The translations under genes were made by a program, and so were the position numbers. This document shows positions 60,901-64,000 of a stretch of DNA of 64,000 nucleotides, in pieces (the stretch's first letter is position 1; the number at the start of each line of letters is the position of its first letter). The notes under the pieces were generated by a model. It was not told where the DNA came from, did not search any database, and was given only the letters and a program-made list of their open reading frames with translations. This DNA comes from Octopus sinensis (taxonomy: Eukaryota), in the NCBI RefSeq assembly GCF_006345805.1, contig NC_042999.1, positions 118,234,001 through 118,298,000 of the forward strand. The letters run 5' to 3'.

Positions 60901-63900
60901 ACCCTCAGTCATTACTGATAAATACTCTGAGCTAATATCTCATTGTTTTTTAGAATGTAAATAACTTGCTACCATTTCTTAGGCAATTGTATGAACTTAA
61001 AGTAACAATGAAATTCAATAAATAGGCAATTAACAACTTGTGAAAAAATATAATTTTCGCTTATACTATTAGTTAAAGAGAATATGAAACAGAGATGTAT
61101 GACTTCATGTTGTAAACCCATATTTCATGAAAAAAATAGATATTGGTTTCAAATTTTAGCACAACGCCAGTAGTTTCAGTGGAGAAGTAGGATGATTACA
61201 TTGAAACCAACAGGTATTTTATTGATACCAAAAGGGTGAAAGGCAAAGTCGACATAGGTGGAATTTGAACTCAGAACATGAAGGTTGATGAAATACTGCT
61301 ATACATTTTGCCAATGCTACCAGCTCACTGTCTTACACGAGAGAGATAAATATTAAAATGAAAGAAGCAAATGATGGTTTGTTTCAGTAAAATATAGTTC
61401 AATGATCACAAAATAAAGTTCATTCTTTTTGGGCAGTAAAACACTTAATATTGAAATATGCAAGTAAGGAAAATGTGTGAAATTGTATTGAATAATACAT
61501 AGCATGCATATTAATGTTAACATAATTCCTTACACACTGAACTTATTACTTCATGAAGAAAGCTGCAAAATAGCCGTAATTCTAAGGATGTCATGTGGTT
61601 AAATAAATATATTCACCCCTTATACCTCCTGATTTTTATGGTTTATACACTCTTCATGAAATAGTTTCATCGATAATTTCTTCTGGATTCCAGCTGCATG
61701 GACATTATGCATTATACTCCCCTTTATTGGATAACTATGTGGTCTGTTAGCCAAGTCCATTAGACGAACTTTCTGTGATAGCCACTTGATGTCTAAATCC
61801 ATATTTTATACTCCACACACATATGTATCTATCTATATCTATTTATCTATCTATCTACACACTCACACACACAACACACACACACACACTCGCATGCACA
61901 CACACATACACACACAGATATGCACATCCAGAATATCCTGAATACTTCTTGTGATTAATAACGTTTTTATTTGTGTCATAAAAATGGTACATTGTAAAGT
62001 TTTTTTAAGTCTTTTGATTCTCACCTTTTTTTTTACTAAATTTAAATGTCATATATATAGTTATGTTATAAATACAACCAATTAGTAAATTCAAAAAAGA
62101 ATTTCTCCTAAGAAGTTATTTTTATTATGGCAAACTTTCAAATCTTCCATGATTGACCAGGCCAATGGTGTATAAGTAATTGTTTGAAAGATGAGGCTCA
62201 TCTTACAGTTATATCATGTCTTTGCTTAACTGAAGATCATACTGCACATTCAAATATGCAGTGAGGGACTGTATGGGTTGCAGTGTGTCAATAAAAGTGT
62301 GATATGCTCATTCTACTGTCATATTTTTTTTATGTGCTTCCGGCAGAAGTCATAAAAGATGTCAACTTTAGAGTTGTTATGAATTGATCCAGCTTAGAGA
62401 TTCTAGAAATTTGACACTGTTGACATGAGTAGTTTTTGATGGTAGAAAATGTAGAGATTCTTTTAGGCTCTGTGTTTTAAACACATGTTCTTGGGCTTGT
62501 GTTACCTTGATGCTTTGAGATTTGTTTAGATTTCCCTGTTGCTTTTCTAGTATGTAATTGAAGGGAATGGTCAAAATCATTATTAGGTTGCAATGTGCCT
62601 GTTTTTCATTTTTATGTCTCAATCTTTTCTGTAACATTTGGCTACTGTTAGTTGAAAAATGTCCAACAACGGCTTTTGTTCAGTGTTACTGCATGCATAT
62701 ATTATTTAGGTTATGATTGCTGTTGTTGATGCTAATCACTCTACTTTCTTGCTTTTAGTTTTGTGGTTCATAGTGAATACACATGATTGTCAGTTTTTCT
62801 GTTTTCCTGTAGTTTATTGTTGCTATTTTCTTGTTTGATTGCTTGATGTCAAGTTTATTTCAGTTGCGTGACGTCTTGATGATTTGTGTTTGATTTCTGT
62901 TTTTAGATTTTATAAGCTTTGCTATTTCTGGTAACTATTTGGGATTGTATATATTTCTTGGCCTTGAGGGATATGGTTTTAGAGGCATCTATAATTATTT
63001 TCCTAAATATATATGTTGCAGTGTTTATCTCAGAGAGTCAGGTGTTATTAGTTTTGAAAAACCATGATTCTATTTGTTGGTGGATCAGGTTCAGTTACGT
63101 TTTTTCCAAAAATTTTTAAAGTAGCTTTCCTTTCTTCAATGATGTGTGAATGTATTGTGATGATAATTGGTAGATGGTCTAAGGAAAGTTAGGGAATTAA
63201 CATGAAGCAGATGTGATTCCTATATATTTTGAACACAAGAAAATATCTGGGAAAGTGTTGTTGTAGTTGATATACAGAACTCTGTGTGTGTTGGTGCCAA
63301 ATGTTTGGGATTTTGGGATATAAAAGGAGTTTTGTTGTGATAACATTATTTTAACTCTTTTATCACCTACTTGAAAAGGTTGAAGCACTGAGTCAATTGA
63401 AGTTCCCACATAAGAGCAATGTTTCAAAGAGTGTTAAAATACTGTAGTTGAGATCATGTTGCCAGTGAGAAGGTTTTTGATGTTGCGGTGCATATATTTG
63501 AGTGCATTGTGTTGCTTTTTGTTACTGTTTATTACTGTGAAAGCCTATATTTTGAGTCTAATGTTGTTTCCTATTAATTCAGAAATGTCATTCCTGTTTT
63601 GAAGAGAAATAAAAATCTATTTTTAACAGAACACATAGAAGAACATATTATATAATGGGGTAGAGATGTCTGAAAACTGATTTCTATATGGAGGAACCAC
63701 ATATCAATTCTCAATCAATCATTCATCTTGTTTCCATTGCATATGATTTGAAAGTCTTCTTGAGCTATTTCCTGCTTGTTAGCTCATGATATAAGAGTGA
63801 TAAACTGAAATAAGTGAGTACTAACTCAAAGATCCCCCAATTATCAAATATACGTGGATTTACTGAAGGCAAGACAAAAAATGGAATAGGAATGGACAAA

Positions 63901-64000
63901 AATCTTTTATTAACTGACATAGGTGATTCACATTGCATGTTTCTGCTATAACAACTTTTCATATTGCTCTTCGTCATTGCAGACAAATATATAATACAAG

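Noticed and set aside
1-64000. CRISPR arrays, rRNA genes or prokaryotic operons
   Set aside because: No regularly spaced repeat-spacer array, rRNA-like sequence or gene-dense region. The window is eukaryotic repeat-rich DNA.

Overview
AT-rich, microsatellite- and repeat-dense animal genomic DNA. The SINE families, RTE fragments and composition point to a coleoid cephalopod, most likely Octopus (inference from recognised repeat families). Nearly all long ORFs in the track are microsatellite artefacts or transposon remnants. The only host-gene evidence is two probable terminal exons of an unidentified plus-strand gene (340-453, 1597-1637) plus a few weak orphan exon candidates. Best-supported mobile elements: a complete but decayed 3.86-kb hAT transposon in a (TA)n array (37391-41254); a young 5'-truncated CR1 LINE (28482-29509) nested in an old Tx1-like LINE; an RTE fragment with a PHD-type zinc finger; three stacked R4/Dong-like 3' ends separated by (AAT/AAC)n; a Helentron-like endonuclease fragment beside a HINE-like end; piggyBac-type and TA-TSD MITEs; and many tRNA-derived SINEs. 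The most unusual structure is a zero-spacer palindrome at about 12797-13327. It is two head-to-head copies of a unit with a tRNA-like Pol III head, an (AAT)n linker and a minimal type I hammerhead ribozyme motif of the Penelope type, i.e. a candidate SINE-like retrozyme. It sits next to a second ~420-bp foldback element.
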